A stretch of 64,000 nt of DNA from Alkalispirochaeta sp. (GCA_965601925.1 OZ271854.1:640001-704000), one strand, 5' to 3'; numbered from the stretch's first letter, positions 38,309 to 48,284 are shown. A program made the numbers and translations. The notes: generated by a model from the sequence alone, not told the origin.

Positions 38309-39573
38309 GCAAACCGAATACCTTTCTGGAACCCGAGGAGGCGTATCGCATCGTTATGGAGGCGGTATCGCCTTTAGAGACGGAGACCGTAGCCCTTTCC
38401 GAAGCGGCCGGACGCGTCCTATCGGAACCGGTCGTCGCACGGCTGGATCAACCGCGATTTCGAAAGGCGGCGGTAGACGGCTACGGCGTGCGCCCCGATC
38501 AGGGGGTGCGGCCCTTCACGGTGGTCGGCACGATCGCCGCCGGTGACGAGGTCGATCCCGACGCCCCGTCCGAACTGGAGGCCGACCAGGGCCTACGCAT
38601 CATGACCGGTGCCGTCGTACCGGCCGGTATCGAACGAATCATCCGCTTCGAGTATGCCGAGGAGGTGCCTCCGAACGCGGCAGACGGAGAGAGCCTTGCG
38701 CCACGTGCTCGTGTCGCGATCCCCGAACAACCGACAAACATCGCGCTCCCGGGAGAAAACATCCGTGCCGGAGAGCCGCTATTGGGCCCTCGACGACTCA
38801 CCGCCTCGGATGTGGGCATTTTGGCGAGCCAGGGGCACGGGCGCGTTCCCGTCGTGCGCCGTCCCGAAGTGGCGATCTTTTCTACCGGGAGCGAGCTCTA
38901 CTCGCCGACGGAGGAGATCCTCCCGCCGTGGGCCATTTATGACAGCAACGGCTATCAACTCGCCGCCCTCGCGAAGTCGAATCTTGCGTCGGTGCACAAC
39001 TATGGTATACTAAAAGACAAGCAAGCATTCATTACGAGAGCGATTCGCGATGCCGTGGAGAAGTCCGACGTCGTCATCGTTTCCGGCGGCGTCTCTATGG
39101 GCGACCTCGATTACGTTCCCGCCGCACTGGCCGACATCGGCGCAACGCGCCTGTTTCACGGACTTGCCATGAAGCCCGGCAAGCCGACCTTATTCGCTAC
39201 ACTCGGAGAGAAGCTGCTGTTCGGACTACCGGGAAATCCGGTCTCTACCATGGCGCAGTTTGAACTCTTTATCGCGCCCGCCCTGCACGCGCTGCAGGGA
39301 CTCGACTATCGCCCGCGCGAAGGACGCTTTCCTTTGGCGTCTCCATACACGCGAGCCAAAGCGGACCGGCACGAGTTACGGCCGGGGTACTACCGCGATG
39401 GACTGGTTCACCAGATTACCTATCAAGGCTCGGGACATCTGAGCGCTCTCGCATCGGCCGATCTCATATTCAGGATCGATCGCGGTGTCGAGACGCTATC
39501 TGAGGGAGACATGGTGTATGCGCGATTCATTCGGCCGGACGATCGACTATCTTCGAATCTCGGTAACCGATAA
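38305..39573 (+). CDS. moeA: Molybdopterin metal insertase
   Basis: AVDGYG, RIMTGA, STGSEL, SGGVSMGDLD, MKPGKP, GLPGNPVS. Confidence 0.93.
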   Translation: MSKPNTFLEPEEAYRIVMEAVSPLETETVALSEAAGRVLSEPVVARLDQPRFRKAAVDGYGVRPDQGVRPFTVVGTIAAGDEVDPDAPSELEADQGLRIMTGAVVPAGIERIIRFEYAEEVPPNAADGESLAPRARVAIPEQPTNIALPGENIRAGEPLLGPRRLTASDVGILASQGHGRVPVVRRPEVAIFSTGSELYSPTEEILPPWAIYDSNGYQLAALAKSNLASVHNYGILKDKQAFITRAIRDAVEKSDVVIVSGGVSMGDLDYVPAALADIGATRLFHGLAMKPGKPTLFATLGEKLLFGLPGNPVSTMAQFELFIAPALHALQGLDYRPREGRFPLASPYTRAKADRHELRPGYYRDGLVHQITYQGSGHLSALASADLIFRIDRGVETLSEGDMVYARFIRPDDRLSSNLGNR

Positions 39574-40321
39574 GTGTAACCAACGGTGCCGTTACTGCAT
39601 GCCCGCCTCGGGAATCGTGCATCGCCGCCACGACGAAGTGATGAGGATCGAGGAGTATCTCGCCGTCGTCGCCACGGCGGCGACGTTGGGCATCACGAAA
39701 GTTCGACTCACCGGCGGAGAGCCGTTGGTGCGGCACGGTATCGTGGAGTTGGTGGAGGGTATCGCCGGGGTCCCCGGCATCGAGATCGTAGCCATGACGA
39801 CCAACGGAACGCTCCTTGCCTCCATGGCTCGACCGTTGTATGAGGCCGGGTTGACGCATCTGAACATCTCCATCGACACGATGGATCCCGAGCGCTACTC
39901 CATTATCACGCGCGGAGGTCGTCTCGAACACGCGATCGCGGGTGCTCTGGCGGCGCGCGACATCGGGTTCGAGCGCATCAAAATCAACGTCGTCGCCGGG
40001 ACGCATTGGGTCGACTCCCCTGACCGCGTCGCCCTCGAGACGTTCTGTCGGCGCAACGGTTTCACGCTACAACGGATCGCGGAGTATGACCTTACCGCTC
40101 GCAAACAAGACACACGTACCTTCGAGCGCCCCCTCCCGTGCGGTACGTGCAATCGTATACGGCTGCTCTCTACCGGCCGTTTGAAGCCGTGCCTCCACTC
40201 GGATCAGGAGATTCCCGTGGATTTCAACGACATTGCCGAGTCGCTCAAACGCGCCGCGCTCGCCAAACCGAAACGCGGAACGGCGTGTACCAATCGCGGT
40301 ATGGTCGAGATAGGAGGATGA
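39518..40321 (+). CDS. moaA: GTP 3',8-cyclase (radical SAM), compact form
   Basis: YLRISVTDKCNQRCRYCMP, TGGEPL, CGTCNRIRL...KPCL, C-terminal IGG. Confidence 0.93.
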   Translation: MRDSFGRTIDYLRISVTDKCNQRCRYCMPASGIVHRRHDEVMRIEEYLAVVATAATLGITKVRLTGGEPLVRHGIVELVEGIAGVPGIEIVAMTTNGTLLASMARPLYEAGLTHLNISIDTMDPERYSIITRGGRLEHAIAGALAARDIGFERIKINVVAGTHWVDSPDRVALETFCRRNGFTLQRIAEYDLTARKQDTRTFERPLPCGTCNRIRLLSTGRLKPCLHSDQEIPVDFNDIAESLKRAALAKPKRGTACTNRGMVEIGG

Positions 40322-40800
40322 CGATGGATCATGATCGTCGCCTCACACATGTCGACGCCGAGGGTACGGCGCGCATGGTCGACGTATCGTCGAAGCCGGC
40401 GGTCGTACGCACGGCAAAGGCGGCGGGATTCATACGACTCGCGCCGGCTACGGTGGGGCTCATCCGCGAAAACGGCGTCGCGAAGGGCGATGTACTCACG
40501 GTCGCGAAGATCGCCGGCGTCATGGGAGGGAAGCGTACCGCGGACCTGATTCCATTGTGCCACACGATCGAGATCGATCATATCGATGTACAGTTGAACC
40601 TCACGACCGACGGAGTGACGATCGAGGCGACGGCGCGCTGCACCGGGAAAACGGGGATCGAGATGGAGGCACTCGCGGCGGTAAGTGTCGCCGCGCTGAC
40701 GGTATACGATATGTGCAAGGCAGTCGACCGTACGATGGAGATCGGTGCGGTACGGCTTATCGAGAAGACGAAACGTGCGAAGGGGGACGAACGCGCGTAG
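40318..40800 (+). CDS. moaC: Cyclic pyranopterin monophosphate synthase
   Basis: LTHVD...MVDVS, LIPLCH, TGIEMEAL, YDMCKAVD. Confidence 0.95.
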   Translation: MTMDHDRRLTHVDAEGTARMVDVSSKPAVVRTAKAAGFIRLAPATVGLIRENGVAKGDVLTVAKIAGVMGGKRTADLIPLCHTIEIDHIDVQLNLTTDGVTIEATARCTGKTGIEMEALAAVSVAALTVYDMCKAVDRTMEIGAVRLIEKTKRAKGDERA

Positions 40801-40872
40801 AATCGACGGAAAGATCGGACCGCGCGCCCGACTACGATACGCGACCGGGCGCACACGGCGGTTTGGGAGAGA

Positions 40873-41082
40873 TCAGTCGGTGGCGACCATCACATTGCTC
40901 GCCTTGACTACCGCGTAGGCGGTCGTTCCCGCCTTGAGGCCCAGCGACTCGGCACTCGACTTCGTAATGATGGCGGTAACCTCGACACCGGGAGCTACTT
41001 CGATCACAACTTCGGAGTTGACCGCTCCGTGATTGACCGCCTTTACCGTTCCCTTGAGCTGGTTGCGAGCACTGATGTTCAT
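40873..41082 (-). CDS. mop: Molbindin / Mop (single TOBE) molybdate-tungstate binding protein
   Basis: MNISARNQLKG...AIITKSS...VVKASNVM; AGGAGG RBS. Confidence 0.92.
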   Translation of the reverse strand: MNISARNQLKGTVKAVNHGAVNSEVVIEVAPGVEVTAIITKSSAESLGLKAGTTAYAVVKASNVMVATD

Positions 41083-41100
41083 GTGGAACCTCCTGAATTA

Positions 41101-41124
41101 TGAAATATATCGGGGTACATAATG
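41101..41124. promoter_or_regulatory. ModE-box-like operator between mop and the mobB-like gene
   Basis: Minus strand CATTATGTA-N6-TATATTTCA resembles the ModE consensus CGTTATATA-N6-TATATAACG. Confidence 0.5.
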
Positions 41125-41147
41125 AAGAACATTGGTAGGATTAGGCA

Positions 41148-41702
41148 ATGATTATATCGATTGTCGGATATGCGAAATCGGGGAAAACGTCGTTTGCCGA
41201 ACGCTTGGTCCGTGAGGCCGCCTCCCGTGCGCTACGGGTCGCGGCGATCAAGACCGGGCGTTCCTCCCACGGCGGTGCCGAACACGCGTCGACGGGCGTC
41301 CTTGCGTATCGCGATAGCGAGCGACTGCACGGAGCGGGCGCCGAGTTGACGCTATTCTGGTCCGAGCAAGGGTGTGCGGTCACCGGAGGAGCGCTCGGCG
41401 CCTTCCATCCGACGCCGTTACCGGACCGGGACACCTTCTATCGATCCTGGCGTTCGCTTCTTCCTCTCGAGGTGCGGCGTGTGCTGGAGGAGACATCGCT
41501 TGTGGTTATCGAGGGGCGCCCCGTTTCGGGAGCCGAGGTCGTGCAGATGCGCAAACGATCCGCACCCGAGGCGGAGGCCTTAAAGTATCCCATCTCGGCG
41601 GGCCATACGGTGGTCACCGATCCGCACGATTTTCCACGCCTTATCGCCGCATTGCTTTCGCCGCTGGTGCACAAGGAACATCTGAATGCCGGGACGACAT
41701 AA
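41148..41702 (+). CDS. mobB: MobB-like P-loop protein (divergent)
   Basis: IISIVGYAKSGKTS, VAAIK, DSERL..AGA, VVIEG. Confidence 0.7.
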   Translation: MIISIVGYAKSGKTSFAERLVREAASRALRVAAIKTGRSSHGGAEHASTGVLAYRDSERLHGAGAELTLFWSEQGCAVTGGALGAFHPTPLPDRDTFYRSWRSLLPLEVRRVLEETSLVVIEGRPVSGAEVVQMRKRSAPEAEALKYPISAGHTVVTDPHDFPRLIAALLSPLVHKEHLNAGTT

Positions 41703-41922
41703 CAAGGGACGCACCGTCTCTCCTCGCGAGATTCAACTTCTGGTCGATGGTGAAGAGATAACGCTCAACGGCTACGTACAGGACGTATTTCAGGAGACGA
41801 TTCTCGCGCTCGTCCGCACCCTCGGCACCTGCAACGAGGCGTCTTCGATCGCGATTACCATCGCGCCCGACGGGTCGCCGGACGCCGCTGCGATTAGGCG
41901 CGCATCACCGGAACGTGGGTAG
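41686..41922 (+). CDS. Small protein resembling the C-terminal appendage of long MobB proteins
   Basis: LLVDGEEITLNGYVQDVFQETILALVRTL; overlaps the mobB stop. Confidence 0.6.
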   Translation: MPGRHNKGRTVSPREIQLLVDGEEITLNGYVQDVFQETILALVRTLGTCNEASSIAITIAPDGSPDAAAIRRASPERG

Positions 41923-43146
41923 TATCTCGCTCGCCTTCCCGTGACGGACGACCACGTTCCGCGGGATCGCTCCGTAGAGATGCGGGTACGTTTCGCCGAG
42001 CGTATCGCCGGCCTCGACGCGGAGCAGGGTATCTACCGCCGCACGATCGATCTCCAAGAGCACCGGATCGGGCGTATCGGGAAAGTGACGGCGTATGACG
42101 GCGGGAATCTGGTGGGCAAAGCTGCAATGGACAAAACCCTCGCGGTCGAACGCTGCGGGACGGTATCCGACATGCGAGGCGTTCCATTCGTCGTCGGTAA
42201 CCACGTGGTAGATCCGCCGCGGGAGAGGACCCACGAGTTCGTCCCACCCATCGGCATCGAGCGCTATCAGACCGGTCGGCGGGAGACGTAGGGCGAGGCG
42301 TCGCCATCGATCGTCGCCGGCGCGTTCGATCGATTCGAGCTGCCGCCGCGCGCCGGCGATATCGCCGGCTCCCGCGTTCGCCATCGCCTCCCAAAAGGCG
42401 AGCTCCACGCGATCGGGGGCCAGTCGGCGAGCGTCGCGGTAGTGCTCACGGGCCGCTTTACGCTCATCCCGCGCCAACGCCGCGTCGCCGTCGTCGATGT
42501 GACGATATGCGGCGTGGAGGTTCAGGAGTCGCTCCAACTCGCCGAGGGGGTCGGGATGGTCGTCGACCCGCACATCGAGCGGCATCGCCTGCACGATATC
42601 GGCCCGAGGCGTCGTCGATACCACGGTCATTGACGCTGACTGACGCCCTCGAATATCCCCCCCGACTCCTTCGGCGGCCTTAAGCGCCGCGAGTAGTCGC
42701 TCCGGCAACGGACCGTTCGTCTTGCTCCACGCTTCGACCATCGCCTCGGGAACTCCGGTCCGATCCATCATATTCGCTTGTACGGAATAGCCGTTGCCGC
42801 GTACGTGCCCCGCTTCGGCGATGCATCGCTCGCCGGTATGCGTCGCCGAGACGCCGTCGGGAGTGATGAGCGCGACCTGTCTCACCGCCGGTGCGTCGTC
42901 GGCGGCCAACAACTCGTCGAGCGCAACAGGCGCCGGACGCCCCTCCTCGAGCAGCTCCAACCCTCGCGGACCGAAGTTCGGATTGACGACCGACTGCGTC
43001 GCAACGACCCCGACGCCGGCACGCGCCCACACCACGATCGAGCCTACCGCAAAGGCGTGCGACTGCACCGCTCCACCCATCAGCCCTCGCTCCTCGTCGA
43101 TCCCGACAATTGAGTACGTCGTTACCAATCTCTCGTTACGCCGCAT
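41905..43146 (-). CDS. DUF1028 (Ntn-hydrolase-like) + TPR-like + DUF952 fusion protein
   Basis: TYSIVG, GVVATQS, HTG..C, GGDIRGRQSA, RVDDHPDP; then IYHVV...EGFVHCS...YPHLYG. Confidence 0.82.
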   Translation of the reverse strand: MRRNERLVTTYSIVGIDEERGLMGGAVQSHAFAVGSIVVWARAGVGVVATQSVVNPNFGPRGLELLEEGRPAPVALDELLAADDAPAVRQVALITPDGVSATHTGERCIAEAGHVRGNGYSVQANMMDRTGVPEAMVEAWSKTNGPLPERLLAALKAAEGVGGDIRGRQSASMTVVSTTPRADIVQAMPLDVRVDDHPDPLGELERLLNLHAAYRHIDDGDAALARDERKAAREHYRDARRLAPDRVELAFWEAMANAGAGDIAGARRQLESIERAGDDRWRRLALRLPPTGLIALDADGWDELVGPLPRRIYHVVTDDEWNASHVGYRPAAFDREGFVHCSFAHQIPAVIRRHFPDTPDPVLLEIDRAAVDTLLRVEAGDTLGETYPHLYGAIPRNVVVRHGKASEILPTFR

Positions 43147-43242
43147 TGCTTCAGTATCGTGAGAGAGCCGCTCTGTGCCAAGGGTACCGTCGTCCGACGA
43201 AACACCCTTGTACGGAACGCCTCAGGCCGCTACTCTTAGGCT

Positions 43243-43719
43243 ATGAAACGGACGATTCTACTAAGTGTCTGGTACATTGCGTTGTTGATGATTCCGTTGC
43301 TGCACTCGGCGGCACAAAGTCCGTCGGCACAGGCGGCGACCATTACGACGCCGGATCGGACGAGTACGGACCCGAGCCGAACATTGATTCTCTTTTACAG
43401 CGACGCGTGTCCCCATTGCCACAATCAAATACGGTGGATGGCTGGGATCGAGGACGATTTTCCCGAGATCGAGTTCTTACGCTACGAGATCGAGGTCACT
43501 GATAACCGCGTGAATCAGGCGTATTTCTCGGCGATGATGGATGTGTACGACTCCAACACAACCGGATGGCCGCGCACCGTTATCGGGGATCGCGTCTTCA
43601 TCGGATTCGCCGACGATGACGGGGATCTGGTGTACAACGACCAGTATCGGGCGTGGATCGGGTATCGCAACCAGTTATACCAAGCCCTGGCGGAGCTACG
43701 CGACGCGATAGAGAGCTGA
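43243..43719 (+). CDS. Exported thioredoxin/glutaredoxin-like protein
   Basis: Signal peptide, FYSDACPHC, GWPRTVIGDRVFIGF. Confidence 0.8.
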   Translation: MKRTILLSVWYIALLMIPLLHSAAQSPSAQAATITTPDRTSTDPSRTLILFYSDACPHCHNQIRWMAGIEDDFPEIEFLRYEIEVTDNRVNQAYFSAMMDVYDSNTTGWPRTVIGDRVFIGFADDDGDLVYNDQYRAWIGYRNQLYQALAELRDAIES

Positions 43720-43798
43720 ACGCACCTTCATACGCCGCGGATCGACGACGCACTGCATAATAAAAGCGCGTCATACGACACAACGGGTAAGGTCGACC

Positions 43799-44095
43799 AT
43801 GAATCACAAAGATGAAGTCATAACATTCAAAGTAGATGGGACGCTGGCGGAGCAGCTACGCCTCATGCCGAACCGTTCGGAGTTCATCCGCCAGGCCGTA
43901 CTCCAGGCGCTGCAGTTGGAGTGTCCGCTCTGTCACGGCACCGGTACGCTCACCCCCAATCAGATGCGGCACTGGGAAGCGTTTTCGAAGCATCACCACG
44001 TCGTGTCCTGCGACGTGTGCGGCGAAAGCCATATCACGTGTGAGGACCAGTCGGAGAAGGAGCCGGCGGAGGACCGGACCGTCCACCAACGGTGA
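43799..44095 (+). CDS. Ribbon-helix-helix (CopG-like) regulator with Cys/His-rich C-terminal domain
   Basis: VITFKVD...NRSEFIRQAV (RHH); CPLCHG, HHH, CDVC, HITC. Confidence 0.8.
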   Translation: MNHKDEVITFKVDGTLAEQLRLMPNRSEFIRQAVLQALQLECPLCHGTGTLTPNQMRHWEAFSKHHHVVSCDVCGESHITCEDQSEKEPAEDRTVHQR

Positions 44096-44104
44096 CGCGC
44101 CCCG

Positions 44105-44947
44105 TCACGACTCGGCGCGCCTGCGGGAGTCCGCACTCCGTCTCAGGGTGTCGCCAGCCCACAACACAACGAAGACGATCGTGAGGGTCAGCACGATCGA
44201 CGCCCCCGATGCGGCGTCCCAATAGTAGGACGCGTAGAACCCGACGACGGTAGCCCCGACGGACAAGACGACGGAAACCGCGATGATACGCGACATTCGA
44301 CGCGATACCATCGACGCTGCCGCGCCGGGTGTCACCAGAAGTGCCAGGACCAGCACCACTCCCACCGTTTGAATAGCCACTACGGTGGTGAGGGCGAGGA
44401 GCAGCAGCAGTCCGTATCGCAGCAGATCGGGCGACAGGCCGATTGCGACGGCGTGGGACGGATCAAAGGAGGTCACCAGCAACTCCTTGAAACCGATCGC
44501 CACGGCGAGGACGACGACGGTGACCACGACGCTCATGACGATCAAGTCCGACCGTGAGACGCCGAGGATGTTGCCGAAGAGGATATGACTCAAGTCCTGG
44601 AAGCTCACCATTCTACTCAGAAGAAATATCCCGAGAGCAAAGAAGCCGGCAAACACTACGCCGATCGCCGAATCCTCCTTGAGGCTACCCCGACGGGAGA
44701 AGAGGCCGATACCGAAAACGGCGACGATCGCCGCGCCGAGGGCACCGAGAAAGAGGCTGATGCCCGCCGCGTACGCCACGACGATACCCGGCAGGATTGC
44801 GTGCGCCATAGCGTCACCGACGAAGGCCATGCCGCGCCACACGACAAAGGCGCTCAGCGTCGCGCAAGCGACGGCGGCCAAGATACCCGCCGCGAGACCG
44901 CGCACCACAAACGAAAAACTGAGCGGTTCGATCAACCATTCAATCAC
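44105..44947 (-). CDS. Zn/Mn-type metal ABC transporter permease
   Basis: GDAMAHAILPG, EDSAIG, LFGNILGV, QTVGVVLV (ABC-3 family). Confidence 0.9.
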   Translation of the reverse strand: MIEWLIEPLSFSFVVRGLAAGILAAVACATLSAFVVWRGMAFVGDAMAHAILPGIVVAYAAGISLFLGALGAAIVAVFGIGLFSRRGSLKEDSAIGVVFAGFFALGIFLLSRMVSFQDLSHILFGNILGVSRSDLIVMSVVVTVVVLAVAIGFKELLVTSFDPSHAVAIGLSPDLLRYGLLLLLALTTVVAIQTVGVVLVLALLVTPGAAASMVSRRMSRIIAVSVVLSVGATVVGFYASYYWDAASGASIVLTLTIVFVVLWAGDTLRRSADSRRRAES

Positions 44948-45746
44948 GCCGCCCCCCCTCAAGACGATCGCCGTGAAACTCGAATCCGTACGCCCGCGCG
45001 ATCGTCTCGGGCGTCAGCACCTCTCGAACGGGCCCGTCGGCTATGATGCGGCGGTCGAGGAAGACGGCGCGATTGAAGTGTATCGAAAGGATCCCCAGAT
45101 CGTGAGTACTCACGATTACCGCCTTTCCCTCCCCGGTTAACCGTTCGAGGGTATGAAAGATCAGCTCCTGAGTCGAGATATCAACGTGGTTGAGCGGCTC
45201 ATCGAGAAGCATGAGGTCCGCATCGTGGGCGAGTGTACGGGCGAGCATAACCCGCTGTTGTTGTCCACCGGAGAGCTCACCCACTTGCCGATCGGCAAGG
45301 GAGGTGATCTCCATCGTCTCGAGAGCTCCTTGCACCCGGTCGTAGTCTTCACTCTTGGGCCTCTTGAACCAGCCGAGATGTACGTACCGTCCCATCATGA
45401 CGACGTGCCTGACCGTCACCGGAAAGCGCCAATCGACCGTAGTGCGTTGGGGAACGATCGACACGCGGTGCAAACATTGGTGAGCGGGATTTCCGTACAC
45501 CCGGACCGATCCGCGGGTGCACGTTTCCAGACCGAGCACGAGCTTGAGCAGAGTCGACTTCCCCGCGCCGTTGGGGCCCACCAAGGCGACGCGGTCGCCG
45601 GGGTGTATCGTGAGATCGACCGCGTCGAGGACGTCGTTGGGAAGCGACGGATATCGAAAGGAGACCGCACGGACATCGAGAGCGGGCTCCCCGTGAATCG
45701 CCGGGATGTGGCACGTCCCTCCATACTGTAACGCTCTCAAAAGCAC
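44940..45746 (-). CDS. Zn/Mn-type metal ABC transporter ATP-binding protein
   Basis: GPNGAGKST, VDWRFPVTV, LSGGQQQR, LDEP, STHDL. Confidence 0.9.
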   Translation of the reverse strand: MLLRALQYGGTCHIPAIHGEPALDVRAVSFRYPSLPNDVLDAVDLTIHPGDRVALVGPNGAGKSTLLKLVLGLETCTRGSVRVYGNPAHQCLHRVSIVPQRTTVDWRFPVTVRHVVMMGRYVHLGWFKRPKSEDYDRVQGALETMEITSLADRQVGELSGGQQQRVMLARTLAHDADLMLLDEPLNHVDISTQELIFHTLERLTGEGKAVIVSTHDLGILSIHFNRAVFLDRRIIADGPVREVLTPETIARAYGFEFHGDRLEGGRRD

Positions 45747-45974
45747 CGTCGTATCACTCGCCTTGTCGAAGTTATCGAGCCGCGTCTATGCATCACCGGC
45801 GGCCCGCCGTTGCGGGGAACAGTCTACACCGTTAGGCACTGCGATGATACGGATTATCCGGGACAATGAGTGATTGATGGGCGAAAACTCCCGCCGATAC
45901 GCCGTCGGCTGCGGCCCACGTCGTGGAGTGAATCGCGCGTGTCGCATAACCGGCGGCAAAAACGCCGCCGACCG

Positions 45975-48056
45975 TTAGACGGTGAACTCACTCACCGACG
46001 CCTCGATCTCCTTGACGCCGCTTATTGTCAGCGACGACTCTCCCTGTACCTGTCGGACATTCCGGGTGATATCGCCGACGCGGGAATGAATCGTTTCGGT
46101 AATACCGACGATCTCCTCGAAGGCGGCCTCAAGGGCGTGAATCGCGGAGTTGACGACCTCGCGGCCCGTATTGAGATCAAGAGATTTCTCACGAACCTGG
46201 GTCGTGGTGTCTCGCATGCCGCTTACGGCGTCGAGAATCTCGTGCGAACCGGAGCGCTGCTCGGCCAACGCCGTGCCCAACGTCGCCACCGATTGCTCCA
46301 CCGTATTGAGCTGCTCCACGACCTGTGAGAAGGCGTGTTCCGCCGATTCGCTGGCGGAGACGACCTTGGCGATTCCGCCCATGATCGCCGCCAGGGAGAC
46401 GCCGATACGCCGTGAGTTTTCGGCGGTCTGCTCCGCAAGCAGGCGTATCTCCTCCGCGACAACGGAGAAACCGCGCCCCGCGTCTCCCGCGTGCGCCGCC
46501 TCAATGGCCGCGTTCATGGCGAGGAGGTTTGTCTGCGAGGCGACCTTGGAGACGATCCGATTGGCCTCGGTCAACGTATCCGAGGTGGATGCGATCTCCT
46601 GCACGAGCGTCACGACGGTGTGAACCTTGTCCGCCCCGATTCGGGAGACGCTTTGGAGCTCACCGGTCGAGGCGGTCGTCTGCTCGGCGGTACGAGAGAT
46701 CGAGTCGATGCCGGCGGACATCTCTTCGATGGAGGCGGACGCCTCCTCGACGATCGCCGCTTGAGTCTGGATCGCCTCATCAAGGTTTCGAATACTCTCG
46801 ACCATATTGTGCGTCGCCGTCGACGCCTCGCCGACCGCGCCTTGCTGGGCACCGACACGTTTTACGACCGCCTCGATGTCGTCGTTAATCGCGTCCAATG
46901 CCGTCATATTGGCCTCCGTGACGGCCATAAGTGTATCCCCGCGCTCCCTCGCGGTGTTGGTACGGCCCCTGATGCCGGCGACCATCGTGCGTAACCGATC
47001 GGTGACGTCCAAGAGGCGATGGTATATCGAAACCAGTTCGTCATTCCCCTTCATACGATCGGCGCCGGTCAGATCGCCCTGCCCGATCGCATCCACCAGC
47101 GTCGCCATGCGGAGGGTTAGCGTCCTCATTTTTCGGCCGAGTATCCAAATCAACAGCCCGGCGGATACGCCTGCCACGATCGCGTAGCCGACGACGGTAA
47201 CGATCCGTATCTCGTCGCGGAGCTCGAAGAACTGGCGTGTATCCATGGTCAGCGCGACGGCCCAGGGGAGAATATTGAGCCACGTGAATGCGGCATTCTT
47301 ATCGGTATCGCGAAATCGGTACTCGATCATGCCCGCGCCGTCCCCTCGCTGTGCAAGCATAAGGCGTGCAAACGACTCAGAGCTGAAGTCCGTCAGAATC
47401 AGCTCTTCGTCGGGATGGGCTAATATGACGCCGCGGTCGTCAATGAGATAGAAATAGCCGGTCTCTCCCACCGTCGCCGAACGCAAGAACTCTGAAGAAA
47501 AACGCGACATATCGAAGGCGACGCCCACCACACCGACGGTTGTACCCCCTGCGGATACCGGAACCGATACCATCGCAACGGTGTGGTCGGACACCTCCGA
47601 GCGTGCGGGATACGAATCGATAAAAAAACGCATTCCCCGGTCGAGAATGGCGCTCGTGAAAGCCGCCGACGAGAGGTCGCGATCGACGGACGCCGGAACC
47701 GCCGCCGCGACGGACATGCCGGCGCCGTCGACGAGCAGGACGTTCTCTACGAGCGTATTTTGCGCGAGGACTTGTTGCGCCACCTGACTCGCCGCAAAGG
47801 CGTCGCCCCCCGCCAGGGCCGTGGCGACGACGGGGTTGATCGCCAAGGATTGGGCCAGTTGGCGCATGGCGGTCAGAAGACTGGTGATCTGAAGCCGCAT
47901 CGAGCGCGTCTGCTGAAGCATGAAATCCGACTGGCCCTCGATCGTTCGCGCCGTCACCACACGATCGACAAAGAGATAGAGCCCGACAAAACTGGGGATG
48001 AGCACCGCCAGCAACAACCCCGTGAGGATCACGCTGAGACGTCTTGCACGCTTCAT
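45975..48056 (-). CDS. Methyl-accepting chemotaxis protein with dCache domain
   Basis: TM-Cache (GYFYLIDDRGVILAHP)-[37 protein letters not shown]. Confidence 0.93.
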   Translation of the reverse strand: MKRARRLSVILTGLLLAVLIPSFVGLYLFVDRVVTARTIEGQSDFMLQQTRSMRLQITSLLTAMRQLAQSLAINPVVATALAGGDAFAASQVAQQVLAQNTLVENVLLVDGAGMSVAAAVPASVDRDLSSAAFTSAILDRGMRFFIDSYPARSEVSDHTVAMVSVPVSAGGTTVGVVGVAFDMSRFSSEFLRSATVGETGYFYLIDDRGVILAHPDEELILTDFSSESFARLMLAQRGDGAGMIEYRFRDTDKNAAFTWLNILPWAVALTMDTRQFFELRDEIRIVTVVGYAIVAGVSAGLLIWILGRKMRTLTLRMATLVDAIGQGDLTGADRMKGNDELVSIYHRLLDVTDRLRTMVAGIRGRTNTARERGDTLMAVTEANMTALDAINDDIEAVVKRVGAQQGAVGEASTATHNMVESIRNLDEAIQTQAAIVEEASASIEEMSAGIDSISRTAEQTTASTGELQSVSRIGADKVHTVVTLVQEIASTSDTLTEANRIVSKVASQTNLLAMNAAIEAAHAGDAGRGFSVVAEEIRLLAEQTAENSRRIGVSLAAIMGGIAKVVSASESAEHAFSQVVEQLNTVEQSVATLGTALAEQRSGSHEILDAVSGMRDTTTQVREKSLDLNTGREVVNSAIHALEAAFEEIVGITETIHSRVGDITRNVRQVQGESSLTISGVKEIEASVSEFTV

Positions 48057-48284
48057 GGGGCGATTATATCCGAAGTACCGGAAACGAAAAGGGCCGGCGC
48101 GTTTGGCCCGTACGGCTCTATCGGAACGACCGATCCCCCGGGTCATCCGTCGATGGAGCCTCGACCCGAAAGGGCGTCTCCCCTTCTTCGCAGGCACGCT
48201 GCGCATCGCCATCGCCTTGACGCCCGTTGATCTCCGCCGGTAGCCTATCACTGCTCGGTTTGACCCATAATTATGGAGGGATTG

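Noticed and set aside
39518..40321. Short moaA as a pseudogene
   Set aside because: Both Fe-S Cys motifs and the C-terminal GG are intact, so it is probably a compact functional variant.
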